Assembly (NCBI GenBank): GCA_050331235.1
Contig: JBHJHA010000035.1
Coordinates: 64,001-128,000, forward strand
Origin: Leptolyngbyaceae cyanobacterium
Lineage (GTDB): Bacteria; Cyanobacteriota; Cyanobacteriia; Phormidesmidales; Phormidesmidaceae
Direction: 5' to 3'
Length of the DNA stretch: 64,000 bases
Below, one piece after another: positions 61,625 to 64,000 of this stretch. Under the pieces are notes generated by a model. It searched no databases. It saw nothing but the letters and a program-made list of their open reading frames with translations, and was not told the origin of the DNA. Positions within the stretch are counted from its first letter, which is position 1. The number at the start of each line of letters is the position of its first letter. The translations under genes were made by a program, and so were the position numbers.

Positions 61625-63340
61625 GTGGCAACTGAACAACAGTTTGTACTGGACTTAACGGTCGCCCTCGGGGCCTCGGCAGTCAGTGGATATCTGGCCC
61701 ATCGCCTGCGGCAGCCTGCCCTCTTGGGTTACTTAGCTGCTGGCCTCCTAATCGGCCCCTCCGGCTTCAAACTGCTCAATGATGTGCAGCAAATCCGCGA
61801 CCTCGCTGAAATTGGCGTAGCCTTTCTATTGTTTGCACTGGGCGTAGAATTTTCGTTGGCAGAGCTGCGTCGAGTTAGAAAAATTGCCGTTCAAGGTAGC
61901 CTGCTGCAAATTGGCCTGACCACCCTACTGGTGCTCGCCATCTCGCTGTTGACCGGTTGGGCGACATCTCCCTTACAAGGCATTTTTCTCGGCTTTGTCC
62001 TCACACTGTCGTCCACTGCCGTCGTCCTCAAAATCCTGACCGAACGGGGCGAAACGATGGCCCTGCATGGCCAACTAATGCTGGCGTTGCTAATCGCTCA
62101 AGATTTGGCCCTGGGGTTGATGCTGGCGTTTTTACCAGCGCTCGATCAGCCAGAGAAGTTTTGGGGGGTCCTATTAGCTGCCGTGCTCAAGTTTGCGCTG
62201 TTTTTAGGCGGTGCGATCGCCGTGGGACGGTGGTTCATTCCCGCACTTATGCGCACCGTTGCCGCGACCGAAAGCCAAGAGCTCTTTTTGCTCACAACGA
62301 TCGCGATTTGTCTCAGCGTCGCGTGGATTACCGCTAAATTGGGCCTATCCATTGAGCTGGGTGCCTTTGTGGCGGGCCTCATGATTGCCGAAGTGGATTA
62401 TTCCGAGCAGGCCTTGGGGCGCGTACTGCCCCTGAGAGACACCTTTGCTTGTCTATTTTTTGTTTCGGTGGGGATGCTCATCGACCCGCAGGTGCTATCT
62501 GAGAATTGGGCCGTCATTTTGGGCCTCGTCACTATCGTTATGGTGGGCAAAGCGCTAATTATCCTGCCCATTATTTTGCGCTTTGGCTATTCGTTTAAAA
62601 CGGCCCTGCTGGTCAGTATTGGCCTCAATCAGATTGGAGAATTTTCCTTTGTTTTGTCTATCCAAGGCCTAGATTTGGGGCTCATCAGTGAGCAGCAATA
62701 TTTACTTCTATTGGGGACGACTGCCATTACTTTGGTGCTTACCCCAGCCTGGCTCAGCAGTGCTCCCTTGCTAACCCGTGGCTTACAAAAGCTGCCCTGG
62801 GTAAGCGGGTGGTTACAGCAATATTCTGAGCCGCAACTGCTCTCCATGCCAGAAACCATGAGCAGTCACGTCATTGTTGCGGGCTATGGTCGGGTGGGCC
62901 AGGTGATTGTCAATATTTTGCTCAGTCGGGGCTACGAAGTCCTCGTGATTGAAAATAGCGAGGCGGCCATTCAGCGATTACGGCATCGCCAGATCCCGTT
63001 TATCTACGGTGATGCAGATGCCGAGCAGGTGCTGGACAAAACCTACCTGACTAAGGCTAAAGCCATGGCGATCGCCCTGCCCGACCCCACTAGCACGCGA
63101 TTGCTGCTCCAGCGCACCCTGGCCCGTTCACCAAAGCTGGAAGTGATTGCGCGATCACACACCAGCCAAGAGATTGATCTGCTGACGCAAATGGGGGCTC
63201 GGGAGGTGGTGCAGCCCGAGTTTGAAGCGGCCATGGAACTGGGGGCTCATTTGTTGCGCACGTTAGGAGAAGACCGTGACGATATTCAACAAGTGCTCGG
63301 GAGCATTCGCCACGATCGCTATCAAAGCGTCCGGGGCTAG
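61625..63340 (+). CDS. CPA2 family cation:proton antiporter with TrkA-N (KTN) domain
   Basis: GVAFLLFALGVEFS, LSSTAVV, AQD, LGAFVAG, QIGEFSFVL, GYGRVG; AAGGAG before GTG 61625. Confidence 0.93.
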   Translation: MATEQQFVLDLTVALGASAVSGYLAHRLRQPALLGYLAAGLLIGPSGFKLLNDVQQIRDLAEIGVAFLLFALGVEFSLAELRRVRKIAVQGSLLQIGLTTLLVLAISLLTGWATSPLQGIFLGFVLTLSSTAVVLKILTERGETMALHGQLMLALLIAQDLALGLMLAFLPALDQPEKFWGVLLAAVLKFALFLGGAIAVGRWFIPALMRTVAATESQELFLLTTIAICLSVAWITAKLGLSIELGAFVAGLMIAEVDYSEQALGRVLPLRDTFACLFFVSVGMLIDPQVLSENWAVILGLVTIVMVGKALIILPIILRFGYSFKTALLVSIGLNQIGEFSFVLSIQGLDLGLISEQQYLLLLGTTAITLVLTPAWLSSAPLLTRGLQKLPWVSGWLQQYSEPQLLSMPETMSSHVIVAGYGRVGQVIVNILLSRGYEVLVIENSEAAIQRLRHRQIPFIYGDADAEQVLDKTYLTKAKAMAIALPDPTSTRLLLQRTLARSPKLEVIARSHTSQEIDLLTQMGAREVVQPEFEAAMELGAHLLRTLGEDRDDIQQVLGSIRHDRYQSVRG

Positions 63341-63389
63341 CCGTTACGGACTAGGGGCAATTGTGCCCAAACTAATTGCACGTCCGTGA

Positions 63390-63857
63390 TTAATTGAGCT
63401 TAGCCGTGCATTCCAAAATCAGTCGCTCGTTGATCGTGGCGTAGGGCTGCACCTCTAACGCCCGACGAAAGCAGCGAATAGCCGCCGTGTAGTTTCCCAG
63501 ACTCATGTGGCACAACCCCAAGCCGTGTAGCGCCCCAAAGTGATAGGGCACCAGCTCAATCACCGTTTCACAGTCGGCGATCGCCTGCCAATATTGATGC
63601 TGCATATATCGCAACACGGCGCGGCGATTCCAAGCCTCGGCAAAATCTGGCATCGCCTCAACGAGCTCTGACAAAATTTGCTCCGCCTCATCTGGCTTAT
63701 CCGCCTCTAGAAGATTTTGACTGCGGATTAAAAGCTGGGCCCCATAGGCTCCTTTTTGGGTGTACCAGAGCCGCCACAGCGCCTCTGTGGCAATCTGTCG
63801 CACGTTTTCATCGGAGGCCTGCAAATCTTGCAGGAGCGATTGGGCATCGGCTGACAT
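63390..63857 (-). CDS. Tetratricopeptide repeat protein
   Basis: PDFAEAWNRRA, PYHFGALHGLG TPR motifs; start placed at ATG 63857. Confidence 0.88.
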   Translation of the reverse strand: MSADAQSLLQDLQASDENVRQIATEALWRLWYTQKGAYGAQLLIRSQNLLEADKPDEAEQILSELVEAMPDFAEAWNRRAVLRYMQHQYWQAIADCETVIELVPYHFGALHGLGLCHMSLGNYTAAIRCFRRALEVQPYATINERLILECTAKLN

Positions 63858-64000
63858 AGGTCTACTGCACTCAGGAGCAACAATCTCGCCCCCTCGCTGA
63901 ACCAGCCACTCACTATCACCCATGGGTGGCTACGGTTCGTACAGGGGCAACCCTCTTTACTGTAAGCAATTTTGGTCGCCCTCTCTCCATGGCACCCGCT

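Overview
Chromosomal window from a cyanobacterium. The evidence is the dense HIP1 octamer GCGATCGC, psaM and cyanobacteria-type conserved genes; the glycine-betaine ProVWX transporter hints at a saline habitat. Most of it is housekeeping: ispE, rsmA, mug, glmS, dnaX, ttcA, ispG, a C-terminal protease, proVWX, tRNA-Arg(CCG), psaM, phoU, an RNase R-family gene, ubiX, speA, ilvD and a CPA2 antiporter. I saw no rRNA, CRISPR array or intact transposase. The most notable observations are: (1) a hypothetical protein (8247-9311) with the Cys/His/Cys zinc-site pattern of algal LCIB/LCIC-type carbonic anhydrases; (2) a three-gene putative signalling module made of an orphan PhnD-like binding lipoprotein, an adenylate-cyclase/Ser-Thr-kinase fusion and a heme-c DUF3365-HAMP sensor with no output domain; (3) a small toxin-antitoxin/defence-like island directly downstream of glmS, with an AT-rich HEPN gene and several gene fragments; (4) four copies of a ~115-bp MITE-like element; (5) a hairpin-rich non-coding element at ~19.7-19.9 kb; (6) three genes each broken by one in-frame stop (TAA, TGA, TAG), including dnaX at a zinc-ligand Cys codon. 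All family assignments come from motif recognition by eye; no database searches were run.
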